A DNA stretch of 64,000 bases from Nannocystis bainbridge (GCF_028368995.1 NZ_JAQNDL010000003.1:1440001-1504000); one strand, 5' to 3'. Shown: positions 1 to 10,592, numbered from the stretch's first letter. The notes: generated by a model not told the origin, from the sequence alone. Numbers and translations are program-made.

Positions 1-91
1 CCCCGCTCCCCGGCAACCTGTCCCTCGGGACATCCGCTCCGCTCTTCGCCCCGCTCCCCGGCAACCTGTCCCTCGGGACATCCGCTCCGCT
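1..91. repeat. 43-bp direct repeat x2 (period 48), each copy holding TGTCCCTCGGGACA
   Basis: ccccgctccccggcaacctgtccctcgggacatccgctccgct at 1-43 and 49-91. Confidence 0.9.
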
Positions 92-113
92 GCCCGCCGC
101 CCTGCGCGCGCCC

Positions 114-2417
114 GTGCTCGCCGCCCCCGGCCCGCGCGTCCCCGCGACGCCCGGCGAGCCGGTGGTGAGCGGCGACGCCGTCCGCCTCCTGAGCGACGCC
201 GAGGACGCGATCAAGGCCGCCGAGCAGCTCACCGCCGCGGCCGCGACCCCGAGCCCCGCCGAGCTGGCCGAGCGCCTCGTCGCCGGCCAGGTCCAGCTCG
301 AGGGCGGCGACGCCGAGGGCGCCGCGATCATCTTCCTCGACCTGCTGGAGAACGCCCCCGGCACCCCCGCGGCCGTCCAGGCCCGCTACTACCTCGGCGA
401 GGCGCTGCTGCTCCTGCGCATGCGTCGGTGGGCCAGCGAGTGCTTCTCGCTGACCCTCGCCGACGCCAGCCCCGAGGCGCGCCGCCTCCATCAGCGCAGC
501 GTCGCCCGCCTGCTCGAGCTCGCCGCGCCCGCCCGCGCCCGCGGCCACGCGCGCAAGCAAGGCCTGTCGGTCATGCCCGAGCTGCGCGCGCGCATGCAGT
601 CGGTCGGCCTCGACGGCGACCGCGGCCCCGGCAGCGAGCTCAGCGCCCTCGACGTCACGCGCCTGCGCGGGTGGGTCGCCGCCGTCCCGACCGAGCAGCG
701 GATCCCCGAGCTGCGCTACGCCTGGGGCCGCTTCCTGTTCCTCTCGAAGGAGTACGCCGAGGCCCTGACCGAGCTCGACGGCATGGTCCCGGCGGACCTG
801 CCTCTCGGGACATCCGCGCCCGCCTGGCGCAGCCTGCTGCGCGCCGTGTACGTCGCCGGCGCCGCCGCGGCCGCGCTCGGCCGCCTCGACGACGCGATCG
901 TGCGCTTCGACCGGATCGTCGCCACGCGCACCCTGCCCGGCCCGGCGGAGCAGGAGATCCGCGAGCTGGCGTGGATGGCCCGCGCGCGCGTCTTCCACGA
1001 CCGCGGCGACTACGACGGCGCCCTGCTGTCGTACCGCTCGATCGGCCGCGCCTCGCCGCTGTACGCCTCGGCGCTCTACGAGATCGCGTGGACCCTGCTC
1101 CGCGCCGACCGCCACGAGGCCGCCCTCGCCGCGCTCGATCAGCTGCTGCGCGAGACCCCGCACAGCCCGGCCGCCGCCGAGGCCAAGTCGCTGCGCGGCA
1201 AGCTGCAGATCCGCCGCCGCAACTGGAAGGCCGCCGAGGACGAGTTCGCGGCCCTGCGCCGCCACTTCGACGACCAGTACAAGGCCGTCGCCCCGGCCCT
1301 CGCGGTCGGCAGCGACGCGCTCGACTACGTCGCCGCCGTCATCCGCTCCGACCCGCGCCACTTCGCCCTCGACACCCTCGTCCCGCGCGCCGCCATCCCG
1401 CTGGCGCGCAACCTGCCGCGCGCGGTGCAGGCCGAGCGCCTGGCCCGAGAGACAGGTGAGACCGAGCACCTGCTGCGCGAGACCCTGGCCCTGCTCGAGC
1501 GCATGGAGATCGCCGCGGCCTCGCCCGAGCGCGCGCTGCTGTTTACCGACCTCGGCGCCCACTGGCAGGCCCTCGACCGCGCCGGCCGCGACCTCGGCGA
1601 GGCCGGCGAGGCGCTGCTGCTCGCCGTCGGCCGCAGCCCGACCCGCGCCCTCACCGACATGCGCAGCGCCGTCGACGCTCTGTTCGAGCGGCCGTCCAAG
1701 CAGCTGCGCCGCGTCAGCGAAATGGGCGAACCGCTGGCCGACGCCCGCGCCGAGACCACCGCCGTGCGCGCGCGCCTCCACGGCCTCGAGTACATGCACC
1801 GCGAGTCGTCGCGCCGCGGCTCGCCCGACCCGTTCTTCCAGGAGGCCGCGGCCCTGCGCAGCGAGCTCGGCGCGCTCGAGGACAGCCTCGCCGACGCTCA
1901 CCGCGGCCTGCAGACCGCCCGCGCCACCCTGCGCTTCACCGACCCGCTGCCCGGCACCCGCCGCGACGCCATCGCCGCCCACAACCTCGTCGTCGGCAAC
2001 CTGTGGCCCGCCGGCGGCGGCGACGGCGTGCGCGAGCCGTGGCAACGTCGCCAGCGCCTCCTCATCCGCCTCGACGCCGCCCGCAAGCGCCTCGCCGCCG
2101 CCGCCCAGGCCCGCCTCGCCCGCGCCGTCGTCGTCCTGAAGGAAGAGCGCGACAACCTCGCCCGCTACCGCGACGAGCTCGAGGCCCTGCGCCCGCGCGC
2201 CGAGGTCACCGCCGCCGAGGCCGTGCACGCCGGCGTCCGCGACGTCGCCGCCGACCTCCGCTACTGGACGATCCGCGCCGACGTCGGCCTGCTCGACGTC
2301 GCCTGGGCCACCAAGGAAGCCGAGCTCGAGCAGGCCCGCGACCTCGAGCGCACCCGCGACCGCAGCCTCAAGAACATCGACCGCGCCGTCAACGAGGCGC
2401 TGGAGGACAGCGAGTGA
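114..2417 (+). CDS. TPR protein, GltC-like component of Agl-Glt cluster (frame is open to the window edge, so the true start may be upstream)
   Basis: Repeated helical TPR-like units (ARYYLGEALL, ALYEIAWTLL); TGA overlaps next GTG (GTGA at 2414-2417); first gene of glt-like run. Confidence 0.7.
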   Translation: MLAAPGPRVPATPGEPVVSGDAVRLLSDAEDAIKAAEQLTAAAATPSPAELAERLVAGQVQLEGGDAEGAAIIFLDLLENAPGTPAAVQARYYLGEALLLLRMRRWASECFSLTLADASPEARRLHQRSVARLLELAAPARARGHARKQGLSVMPELRARMQSVGLDGDRGPGSELSALDVTRLRGWVAAVPTEQRIPELRYAWGRFLFLSKEYAEALTELDGMVPADLPLGTSAPAWRSLLRAVYVAGAAAAALGRLDDAIVRFDRIVATRTLPGPAEQEIRELAWMARARVFHDRGDYDGALLSYRSIGRASPLYASALYEIAWTLLRADRHEAALAALDQLLRETPHSPAAAEAKSLRGKLQIRRRNWKAAEDEFAALRRHFDDQYKAVAPALAVGSDALDYVAAVIRSDPRHFALDTLVPRAAIPLARNLPRAVQAERLARETGETEHLLRETLALLERMEIAAASPERALLFTDLGAHWQALDRAGRDLGEAGEALLLAVGRSPTRALTDMRSAVDALFERPSKQLRRVSEMGEPLADARAETTAVRARLHGLEYMHRESSRRGSPDPFFQEAAALRSELGALEDSLADAHRGLQTARATLRFTDPLPGTRRDAIAAHNLVVGNLWPAGGGDGVREPWQRRQRLLIRLDAARKRLAAAAQARLARAVVVLKEERDNLARYRDELEALRPRAEVTAAEAVHAGVRDVAADLRYWTIRADVGLLDVAWATKEAELEQARDLERTRDRSLKNIDRAVNEALEDSE

Positions 2418-5400
2418 AGCGCCTGTCCTTTCGGCCATGGCTGTTCGGACCTGCTCTTTGGGCCCTGTCCCTTGCGACAGCATCGCCCGCCGCCGCCCTG
2501 CCGCGCAGCGAGCTGCCGCCGCCGTCGGGCTGGCAGGGCATCCTCGGCGAGCCGGGCTCGGGCAGCGCGCGTGAGCCGACCGGCGCGGTCGACCGGCGCG
2601 CGCTGTCGGTCCCGCCGGCGCGCCTGCCGAAGACCGCCGAGGACGACAAGGCCCTCTCCGACCTCGAGGCGATCTTCGCCCGCTACCGCCGCGCCGCCGC
2701 CGTCGCCGCCGACACCCTGGCCGTCGTCACCGTGGTCGAGGCCGAGCGCGGCCGCGGCAAGCTGCAGAAGCAGCTCGACGGCCAGATCGCCGCCCACAAG
2801 GCCAAGGCCCTGCAGCTGCGCGAGGCCGCGATCGCCCGCTACGACGGCTTCCTCAAGCAGAACCCGTCCGACCCGAGCTGGACCCCCGAGATCCTGTTCC
2901 GCCTGGCCGAGCTCCACTTCGAGTCCGACAACGAGCGATACGCACGCGCCGAGTCCGACTACGAAAAGGCGCTGCTCGCCTTCGAGGACCGCAAAGACAA
3001 GAAGCCACCTCCACGGCCCTCCGGGCCTGGTGCCGACGTCCCGCCCGACCCGCCGAAGGTCGACTACGCCAGGAGCGTCGCCCTGCTGCACGACCTCAAC
3101 GCCCGCTTCCCGTCCTACGTCCACGCCGACGCCGCCCTGTACTTGATGGCCGTCCTGCGCTTCGAAGAGGAGCGGTTCGACGAGAGCCGGCAGACCATGC
3201 TCGCGCTGGTGTGCGCCGACCGCTACGCCGTGCCCGGCCCCGACGGCAGCGGCGTCGTCCCGGCCAAGAACTTCCGCGCCGGCGACTACAACGGCTGCAA
3301 CCCGCGCAAGCCGGGCAGCAAGTACATCGCCGAGACCTGGCTGCGGATCGGCGAGCTCCACTACGACCTCGACGAGATGCGGCCCGCGCTCGAGGCTTAC
3401 ACCGAGGCCGCGCGCGACACCGGCGGCCCTTACTTCGACGAGGCGACCATCCGGATCGCCTGGACCCTCTATCTTCAGCGCGATTTCCCCGGCGCCGCCG
3501 CCCGCCTCGACGAGTACGTGCGCCTGGCCGAGAGCATGAAGGCCGCCGGCGACGACTCGGCGATGGCCCTGCGCGACGACGCCATCCGCTACATCGCCAA
3601 GTGTTACATCGAGGACGACTGGGACCTCGACGGCAACCCCGACCCCGCGATCGGCTTCGCCCGCCTCGAGCGCGACTACAAGGCCCGCGGCGGCGAGAAG
3701 CACGTCGCCGAGATCTACGCCGCGCTCGGCGACCTCTACGCCTTCCAGACCGACTTCAAGCTCGCCATCAAGATCTGGGACGCCGCCCTCGCCCGCTGGC
3801 CGACCGCCGCCGCCGCCCCGCTGCTGCAGAAGAAGATCCTCGACGCCCAGGTCGCGCTCGGCGACAAGAACGGGGCTCGCAACGCCCGCGACGCCCTCGC
3901 CAACAACTTCTTGCGCGGCACCCCGTGGTTCTACGCCAACGAGGCCGACACCGAGGCGATCGACGCGGCGATGAAGCTCGTCGAGGAGGCGCTGGTCGCC
4001 AGCGCCGTCGAGCGCCACGCCTACGCCCAGAGCTTGCGGGCCGCCGGCGACCCGCGGGCCGAGGAGGAGTACAAGAAGGCCGCGGCCGCCTACGCCGCCT
4101 ACCTCCTGCGCTACCCCGACACCCCGTCCTCGTACCAATACCGCTACGACTACGCCGAGAGCCTCTATTACTCCGGCCAGTTCCTCGAGGCCGCGCGCGA
4201 GTACATCATCGTGCGCGACAGCAACACCGCCGCCAGCCGCCAGATCGACGCCGCCGAGGGCGTGGTGTTCTCGCTCGAGGACTTCGTCGACGCCGAGCAG
4301 AAGGCCGGCAAGCTGACCCTGCCGGACCTGCCGAAGCAGGACGTCGCCAAGCCGCCCTTCGACCCCAAGCCGATCCCCGAGGCCCTGGTCGCGCTGCAGG
4401 CCGCCTACGACAAGCTGGTCGCCATCAAGCCCGACGCCAAGGCCGCCGGCAGCCTGGCCTTCAAGTCAGGCGCGATCAGCCAGCGCTACATGCACTGGGA
4501 CGAGGCCGAGACCCGCTTCACCCGCGTCATCGACGACTACTGCGGCGAGAACGTCGCCATCAACGCCGGCTTCTCGATCATCGACGGCAAGGTCATCCGC
4601 GGCGACCTCAAGGCCGCGCAGGAGTGGACCGAGAAGCTGCTGCAGAAGGGCTGCGGCGACGCCGAGCAGAGCGAGAAGTTCGCCGGCGACCTCAAGACCC
4701 TCGGCAACGCGGTCCGCTTCAAGGAGGCCAACCAGCTGTTCGAGGCCGGCGAGTTCGAGGCCGCCGCCGACCGCTACACCGCGCTCGTCGACCAGGCCCC
4801 GAAGGACCCCAACGCCGACCGCGCGCTCAACAACGCCGCCGTCGCCTACGAGAAGATCGGCCGCTTCGGCAGCGCCTCCAAGACCTACGAGCGCATCTAC
4901 AAGCAGTACCCGGACAGCGAGTTCGCCGACGACGCCCTGCTGCGCTCGGGCCTCAACCACGTCCGCTTCTTCGAGTTCGACGACGCCGTCGCCAGCTACC
5001 TCGTGCTGGCCCAGGACGAGCGCTACAAGGACTCCGAGCACCGCCTGCTCGCGCTCAAGAACGCCGCCGACCTGCTCGACAACCTCCAGCAGTACAAGAA
5101 ATCGTCGGACCTGTTCGTCCGCTACGCCGCCAAGACCACCGACCCCAAGGAGGCCGCGGACGCCAGCTTCCGCGCCGCCTCGGTGCTCGGCAAGACCGAC
5201 GACCACAAGGCCGCCGAGACCGCCTTCGCCGCCTTCCTCGCCAAGTTCGGCGCCGACCCGACGCAGGCCGCCAAGTCGGTCGAGGCCCACCTGCGGATCG
5301 GCGAGGCCCGCTCCGCTCGCGGCGACCGCAAGGGCGCCGAGACGGCCTACCGCGAGTGCGTCGCGCTCTACACCGCCCGCGGCCTGCAGGCCGCCAGCGA

Positions 5401-5905
5401 CGCCGCCGACTTCCCGTCCGAGGCCCAGTTCCTGCTCTCCGAGTTCAGCCTGTCCGACCTGCTCGATTTTAAGCTGACCGGCACCGGCAAGAAGTTCGCA
5501 GACAGCGCCAAGGTCCTGTTCGACAAGGTCGTCGCGGCCAGCAAGTCCTACGACTCCGTGTTCCCCTACCGCCGGATCGAGTGGGTGCTGGCGGCGATGT
5601 TCCGCCGCGGCTACGCCTTCGAGGTGACCGCGATCAAGATCCGCGAGGCCCCGGTCCCGCGCGAGCTCAAGGAGTACAGCGAGCCCTGGTTCGCCTACAA
5701 GGACATCGTCGAGACCGAGGCGGGCAAGTTCGAGGCCAAGGCGATCCAGCTGTACGAGGAGACGATCAAGCGCGGCAAGGAGTACGGCGTCGCCAGCGAG
5801 TGGACCAAAAAGGCCCTCGAGCGCATGAACATCTACAAGCCCGACCAGTACCCGCTGCTGCACGACGCCGCCGTCGACCTGCAGGTGGAGGACCGGCGCC
5901 GATGA
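2414..5905 (+). CDS. Large secreted TPR protein, GltD/AgmU-like
   Basis: GTG start coupled to upstream stop; signal peptide (WLFGPALWALSLATASPAAA); many TPRs (TPEILFRLAELHFE, ADRALNNAAVAYEK); C-terminal EWTKKALERMN..PDQYP. Confidence 0.8.
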   Translation: MKRLSFRPWLFGPALWALSLATASPAAALPRSELPPPSGWQGILGEPGSGSAREPTGAVDRRALSVPPARLPKTAEDDKALSDLEAIFARYRRAAAVAADTLAVVTVVEAERGRGKLQKQLDGQIAAHKAKALQLREAAIARYDGFLKQNPSDPSWTPEILFRLAELHFESDNERYARAESDYEKALLAFEDRKDKKPPPRPSGPGADVPPDPPKVDYARSVALLHDLNARFPSYVHADAALYLMAVLRFEEERFDESRQTMLALVCADRYAVPGPDGSGVVPAKNFRAGDYNGCNPRKPGSKYIAETWLRIGELHYDLDEMRPALEAYTEAARDTGGPYFDEATIRIAWTLYLQRDFPGAAARLDEYVRLAESMKAAGDDSAMALRDDAIRYIAKCYIEDDWDLDGNPDPAIGFARLERDYKARGGEKHVAEIYAALGDLYAFQTDFKLAIKIWDAALARWPTAAAAPLLQKKILDAQVALGDKNGARNARDALANNFLRGTPWFYANEADTEAIDAAMKLVEEALVASAVERHAYAQSLRAAGDPRAEEEYKKAAAAYAAYLLRYPDTPSSYQYRYDYAESLYYSGQFLEAAREYIIVRDSNTAASRQIDAAEGVVFSLEDFVDAEQKAGKLTLPDLPKQDVAKPPFDPKPIPEALVALQAAYDKLVAIKPDAKAAGSLAFKSGAISQRYMHWDEAETRFTRVIDDYCGENVAINAGFSIIDGKVIRGDLKAAQEWTEKLLQKGCGDAEQSEKFAGDLKTLGNAVRFKEANQLFEAGEFEAAADRYTALVDQAPKDPNADRALNNAAVAYEKIGRFGSASKTYERIYKQYPDSEFADDALLRSGLNHVRFFEFDDAVASYLVLAQDERYKDSEHRLLALKNAADLLDNLQQYKKSSDLFVRYAAKTTDPKEAADASFRAASVLGKTDDHKAAETAFAAFLAKFGADPTQAAKSVEAHLRIGEARSARGDRKGAETAYRECVALYTARGLQAASDAADFPSEAQFLLSEFSLSDLLDFKLTGTGKKFADSAKVLFDKVVAASKSYDSVFPYRRIEWVLAAMFRRGYAFEVTAIKIREAPVPRELKEYSEPWFAYKDIVETEAGKFEAKAIQLYEETIKRGKEYGVASEWTKKALERMNIYKPDQYPLLHDAAVDLQVEDRRR

Positions 5906-7662
5906 CTGTGCTTCGGGACATGTCCGTTCGCACCTGTCTCTTGGGACTTTTGCTCGTCCTCGCGTGCGACAAGCCGGCCGGCGAGTCGACCCCGCCGGGC
6001 AAGACCGCCGCCGCCGAGCCCGACGCCAATTGGAAGCCCGAGGCCGTCGAAAAGCCCGCCGAGCCCGCCGCGAGCGACAAGCCCGCGGCCAAGAAGAACC
6101 GCGACCGCGACCCCGAGGAGGAGCGGCGCAAGCTGGCGGCCTCGCACCAGCAGAGCCAGCAGGCCGGCCAGTCGCTGCGCCAGGGCGACCTCTCCCGCGC
6201 GCTCGACCTCTCGCGCGAGGCCCTGCGGATCCACGAGCAGAACGTCGACGCCATGCTCGTCATGGCCGAGGCCTTCCTCAAGCAGGGCAAGCACGAGCTG
6301 ACCCAGACCGTCACCAGCTCGGCGCTCGCCGTCGACGCCAAGGTCATCACCCCCGAGGAGACCTCGCGCGCCTACAACCTCAAGGGCTTCGCCTACCTCG
6401 CCGCCGACAAGCCGACGCTCGCCACCCAGTCGTTCCGCAAGGCCGCCGAGACCGACGCCGGCAACGCCACCGCGTGGAACAACCTCGGCGCGCAGTACCT
6501 CCGCACCGGCAACTTCAAGACCGCCAGCGAGTGCTTCATCTACGCGCTGAAGCTCGACCCCAACTTCTTCAAGGCCCACCTCAACCACGGCAGCGCGCTG
6601 CGGGCTCTGGGTGACGTCGTCGGCGCCGAGAAGGCCTACCAGGCCGCGCTGCGCCTGCGCGCCGACTACCCTGACGCCCACTTCGACCTCGGCGTGCTCT
6701 ACCTCGACGCACCCGAGTTCCCCGGCCTCGACATCACGACCCGCCTGCAGCGCGCGCTGATCCACTTCGGCAAGTACCGCGACCTCGCCCTCGCCAGCGG
6801 CGGCGGCGCGGCCAAGGGAGATCGCTTCACCGATCTCAAACGCGACACCGGCGCCAACAAACCCCGCACGGCCCCGGGCAAGGAGTCGGTCAGCGTCGCC
6901 CAGGCCGACCTCTACATCGACCTTGCCAAGAAAGGCCTCGAGCGCGAAAAGCGGCGCCTGGAGCGCGAGGGCAAGTCGCCACCTGTCTCGAAGGACAGCC
7001 CGGCCGCCCCCGGCACCGCGACCTCACCTGGCCCCAAGGACAGCCTGCCGGCCGCGGCCACGCCCGCCGCAGCCTCGACTGCACCTGGCCCCAAGGACAG
7101 CTCGCCGACGAAGCCCGGCGAGCCCCCGGCCGCGACCAATCCGACTCCGGGCAGCCCGGCCGGCTCGCCCAAGCCAGGCGCCTCCACCCCCGCCGCCAGC
7201 CCGCCGACCGCCGGCTCGCCCACGGCCGCCAAGCCCGGTGCCTCGGCCCCGCCGACGGCCACGACCCCGCCGCCCGCCGGCCCCGGCAGCTCCGGACCCG
7301 CCGCCACCCCTCCGGCCGCCAGTTCGCCCGCCACCACCCCGCCGGCCACCGCCAAGCCCGGCGCCCCGCCGCCGGCCACCGCCAAGCCCGGCACGCCGCC
7401 GCCGGCCACCGCCAAGCCTGGCACGCCGCCGCCCGGCAATGCGCCCCCGGCCACCCCGCCGGCCGCCAGCGCGCCCTCGGCCACCCCGCCACCGACCGCC
7501 AAGCCGGGCGGGACCGCTCCCCCGCCGACCGCGACCGCCAAGCCTGGCGAAGCCCCTCCCACGGCGAAGCCCGGGGCTCCGCCGCCGTCGGCCCAGAAGC
7601 CCGGAAGTGCGGCGTCGCCCACCCAGAAGCCGGGCGGCAATGGGGGCGCGAGCGCCCCATGA
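5902..7662 (+). CDS. TPR lipoprotein, GltE/AglT-like, with long Pro/Ala/Thr-rich C-terminal tail
   Basis: ATGA coupling at 5902-5905; lipobox LVLAC; TPRs (AWNNLGAQY, AHLNHG, AHFDLGVLY); ATAKPG repeats. Confidence 0.8.
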   Translation: MTVLRDMSVRTCLLGLLLVLACDKPAGESTPPGKTAAAEPDANWKPEAVEKPAEPAASDKPAAKKNRDRDPEEERRKLAASHQQSQQAGQSLRQGDLSRALDLSREALRIHEQNVDAMLVMAEAFLKQGKHELTQTVTSSALAVDAKVITPEETSRAYNLKGFAYLAADKPTLATQSFRKAAETDAGNATAWNNLGAQYLRTGNFKTASECFIYALKLDPNFFKAHLNHGSALRALGDVVGAEKAYQAALRLRADYPDAHFDLGVLYLDAPEFPGLDITTRLQRALIHFGKYRDLALASGGGAAKGDRFTDLKRDTGANKPRTAPGKESVSVAQADLYIDLAKKGLEREKRRLEREGKSPPVSKDSPAAPGTATSPGPKDSLPAAATPAAASTAPGPKDSSPTKPGEPPAATNPTPGSPAGSPKPGASTPAASPPTAGSPTAAKPGASAPPTATTPPPAGPGSSGPAATPPAASSPATTPPATAKPGAPPPATAKPGTPPPATAKPGTPPPGNAPPATPPAASAPSATPPPTAKPGGTAPPPTATAKPGEAPPTAKPGAPPPSAQKPGSAASPTQKPGGNGGASAP

Positions 7663-8000
7663 GAAAATCGGCCGGAGTGATCTCCGCCATCCGGAAAAAA
7701 TTCGCGAACCGGTGTCGCCGATCGAGACCGCCGCTCCACCCCGCCCGTTTGGCCTCCACCGTGGCGACGGAACTCCGCAGCGAGACGATGGCTGGCGAAT
7801 CGGGGCGCCCTGCGCGATCGGTCGCCGCTTCGTCGGTCCGCCGCGGCCCCGTCCTTCATCCCCGCAGCGGTCGACCGACCGGGGGCTCGCCACCAACTCG
7901 TTGGTGGAATTCTCCGCGGCGTTCACTGTATAACGCGGTCGTGCTCCGCTCACACCGTTCTGTCGCCGTCCGCCCGCTCCCGGGCCTGGGCCGCGCGCGG

Positions 8001-8315
8001 ATGTGGCAGCTGCTCGTGTTCCTGATCGTGCTCGCGCCCGTCACGGCCCCGGCCCTGGCGCTCGCAGCCCCGCCGCCGGCGCCCGCATCAGGGTCGGGCA
8101 CCAAGGCGGCCAAGACCTCGACCCGGGCTCCCGAGCCCACCCCCGGCGGCAAGAAGGTGATCTCGCTCGACGACGAGTTCCTCGTCGAGGGCCAGTTGGA
8201 GAAGCCGAGTGCGTTCTACGTGCTGCGGCGCTCGTCCACGGATTACGACTGGGCGCGTCTCGACGCGACCATGACTCCGCTGGTGCTTGAAAGTGTCTGG
8301 GATCCTTTGTTCTAA
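8001..8315 (+). CDS. GltF/CglF-like small secreted protein
   Basis: Signal peptide; motif ISLDDEFLVEGQLEKPSAFYVLRR and C-terminal VLESVWDPLF resembling CglF family. Confidence 0.7.
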   Translation: MWQLLVFLIVLAPVTAPALALAAPPPAPASGSGTKAAKTSTRAPEPTPGGKKVISLDDEFLVEGQLEKPSAFYVLRRSSTDYDWARLDATMTPLVLESVWDPLF

Positions 8316-8498
8316 TGGACCCTGAAAAAGCTTCAGGTGCCTGAAGGCCTGAGAAGACAACGCGGGTCGGGCGCTCTCCGCGCGCGAAAGCTCCCGCACC
8401 CGAGTCCGAACCCACAACAACCACCACAGCCGGGACGAACCCGGTCCACGAGCGACACATCGGGATCACACCCCGGTCTCTGAGGAGGATAAGCGGCC

Positions 8499-9128
8499 AT
8501 GGATTTTGCGCAGTTTTACCAGGAAGGCGGCGTCTGGATGCACCCGATCGCCGTGTGCGCCGTGCTCGGTGCCGGCGTCATGATCGAGCGCTTCATTTTC
8601 TTGTTCTTCCGCTTCAACATCAACGGCGCTCAGTTCTTCAACCAGATCCAGAAGCTGGTGATGGCGAACAACATCGACCGCGCCATCAAGCTGTGCAACG
8701 CCGCTGACAAGGCTGCGCTCGCCCGCGTGATGAAGGCCGGTCTGACCCGCGCCAACAAGAGCGAGGCGGACATCGCCGCGGCGATCGAGGAGGCGATGCT
8801 CGAGGTTTCGCCGGCGATCACCAAGCGCATCTCGATGATCGCGGCCGTCGCGAACATCGCCACGCTGCTCGGTCTGCTCGGGACGATCTTCGGCATGATC
8901 GACGCCTTCACTGCGGTGGCCGTGGCGGCCGCCGACCAGCGGTCGCAGGCGCTCGCGAAGGGCATCTCGATCGCCATCAACACCACGGGCTTCGGCCTCA
9001 TGGTGGCGATCCCGCTGCTCTCGGCGCAGGTCTTCATCCAGGGCCTGGCCAAGAAGATCGCCGACGAGGTCGACCTCTACGCGGTCAAGCTCGAGAACCT
9101 CCTCGCCGCGCGGGTGCGTCAGGGGTAA
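8499..9128 (+). CDS. MotA/TolQ/ExbB proton channel, AglR-like
   Basis: GGVWMHPI; ATLLGLLGTIFGMI; GISIAINTTGFGLMVAIP; GAGGAG RBS. Confidence 0.92.
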   Translation: MDFAQFYQEGGVWMHPIAVCAVLGAGVMIERFIFLFFRFNINGAQFFNQIQKLVMANNIDRAIKLCNAADKAALARVMKAGLTRANKSEADIAAAIEEAMLEVSPAITKRISMIAAVANIATLLGLLGTIFGMIDAFTAVAVAAADQRSQALAKGISIAINTTGFGLMVAIPLLSAQVFIQGLAKKIADEVDLYAVKLENLLAARVRQG

Positions 9129-9232
9129 GGCGGTCCGGCTCGAAGCCTGTTCACGAGGACATGTCCTTCAAGACAGACCCAGGGCCGACCGCAGACCAAC
9201 TCTCCACCCGAGCGAAAGAAAGGAGGTGAACG

Positions 9233-9808
9233 ATGCCCCGTAAGAAGATGGAGGAAGAGGAGATTGAGGCGAACCTCTTGCCGGTCATGAACGTGATGTT
9301 CTTGATGATCCCGGCGCTGCTGATGGCGATGGAATTCGCCCAGATGGCCTCGATCAACGTCTCGCCGCCGAAGTTCGCGGCTGCTGCTCAGCAGAAGGAC
9401 GAGGAGCAGAAGAAGGACGAGAAGCCGCTCAACCTCAAGGTCTTCGTCATGGAGGACGGCTTCCGCGTCAGCGCGGATGGTCAGCAGGAGGGCGCCGAGG
9501 CCGGCAAGTCGCAAGACTCCAAGGCCCCGACGATCGGCCTCGCCAAGCAGGGCGCGCCGCTCAACGACTACGAGCGTTACGACTACGCCCAGCTCGAGGC
9601 CAAGGCCAAGGGCTACAAGCAGCTGTTCCCGAACGAGGCGGTGGTCACGGTGAGCGCCGAGGCCAACATCCCGATGCAGTCCATCATCATGACGATGGAC
9701 GCCCTGGCGGGCACCAAGTGCAAGCTCGCCAAGGCCCTCAAGGGCGGCGAGAAGATCCCCGACGATTGCTACTTCTGGCAGCCGATCGTGGAAGGGGGTG
9801 CGAGCTGA
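9233..9808 (+). CDS. ExbD/TolR family, AglQ-like (Asn at canonical TM Asp position)
   Basis: EEEEIEANLLPVMNVMFLMIP TM segment; AEANIPMQSIIMTMDA motif; AGGAGG RBS. Confidence 0.85.
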   Translation: MPRKKMEEEEIEANLLPVMNVMFLMIPALLMAMEFAQMASINVSPPKFAAAAQQKDEEQKKDEKPLNLKVFVMEDGFRVSADGQQEGAEAGKSQDSKAPTIGLAKQGAPLNDYERYDYAQLEAKAKGYKQLFPNEAVVTVSAEANIPMQSIIMTMDALAGTKCKLAKALKGGEKIPDDCYFWQPIVEGGAS

Positions 9809-10344
9809 TGACCCCCGAACAAGAGGCGTTCATCGCCAGGAAGAAGGAGAAGGCCGCAGCTCGCCGGGCCAAGCCGGAAGAGAAGGCCAACCTCGGCATC
9901 ACCTCGCTGATGGACATCGTGTCCATCCTCGTGGTGTACCTGCTGAAGAGCTACGCGTCCGACCCGGTCGTCATCAACCCGACCGCGGGCCAGAAGATCC
10001 CGATGTCCTATGCCGACGCGCCGATCCAGGACGGCATCCCGGTCTTCGTCACCACCCGCGGCATCACGTTCGACAGCAAGAAGATCGTGACGATGACGCC
10101 CGACGGCGACATCGACCCGTCCCAGGTGCAGAACCACCTGATCGGGCCGCTGTACGACCAGCTCGCCGAAGAGGTCGACAAGGCCAAGCAGCTGGCCGAG
10201 CGCCAGGGCAAGCCGTGGAACTCGCGGATCATCCTGGTCGGAGACTCGGATCTCAAGTTCAGCGTCCTCGTCGATGTCATGTACACGACGGGTCGCGCCG
10301 AGTTCGCCGAGTACTCGTTCTGCGTGATCAAGAAGAGCGGCTGA
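9808..10344 (+). CDS. ExbD/TolR family, AglS-like
   Basis: TGATG coupling; LGITSLMDIVSILVVYLLKS; GDSDLKFSVLVDVMYT. Confidence 0.88.
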   Translation: MTPEQEAFIARKKEKAAARRAKPEEKANLGITSLMDIVSILVVYLLKSYASDPVVINPTAGQKIPMSYADAPIQDGIPVFVTTRGITFDSKKIVTMTPDGDIDPSQVQNHLIGPLYDQLAEEVDKAKQLAERQGKPWNSRIILVGDSDLKFSVLVDVMYTTGRAEFAEYSFCVIKKSG

Positions 10345-10359
10345 GCGCAGGAACACACG

Positions 10360-10403
10360 ACGAGGGTCGGCAGCTCTTCGGAGCCGCCGGCCCTTCGTTT
10401 TTT
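10360..10403 (+). terminator. Intrinsic terminator after aglRQS-like genes
   Basis: gagggtcggcagctc-ttcg-gagccgccggccctt hairpin followed by T6. Confidence 0.75.
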
Positions 10404-10592
10404 GCTCGCGGAGCGCCCCGCGTAGCCGTTTGGCCGCCGCCCCTGAAATCCGTCAGCGCCGCGCAGCGAACTCCCGGCGACCTCGCTCGCATGGTGTTCC
10501 GAGCTGTCTTGTCCCCAGGTCCGATCGCGCAGGGACCCGGGAAAATTGGCGCGTGCACCACAAATCAACTACATCCGCTAAACTTCCTTCGC

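Noticed and set aside
19-32. 14-bp palindrome as parS, LexA or CsrA site
   Set aside because: Does not fit the 16-bp parS consensus; density and 3'/intragenic placement are unlike an SOS operator; GGA lies in the stem rather than the loop
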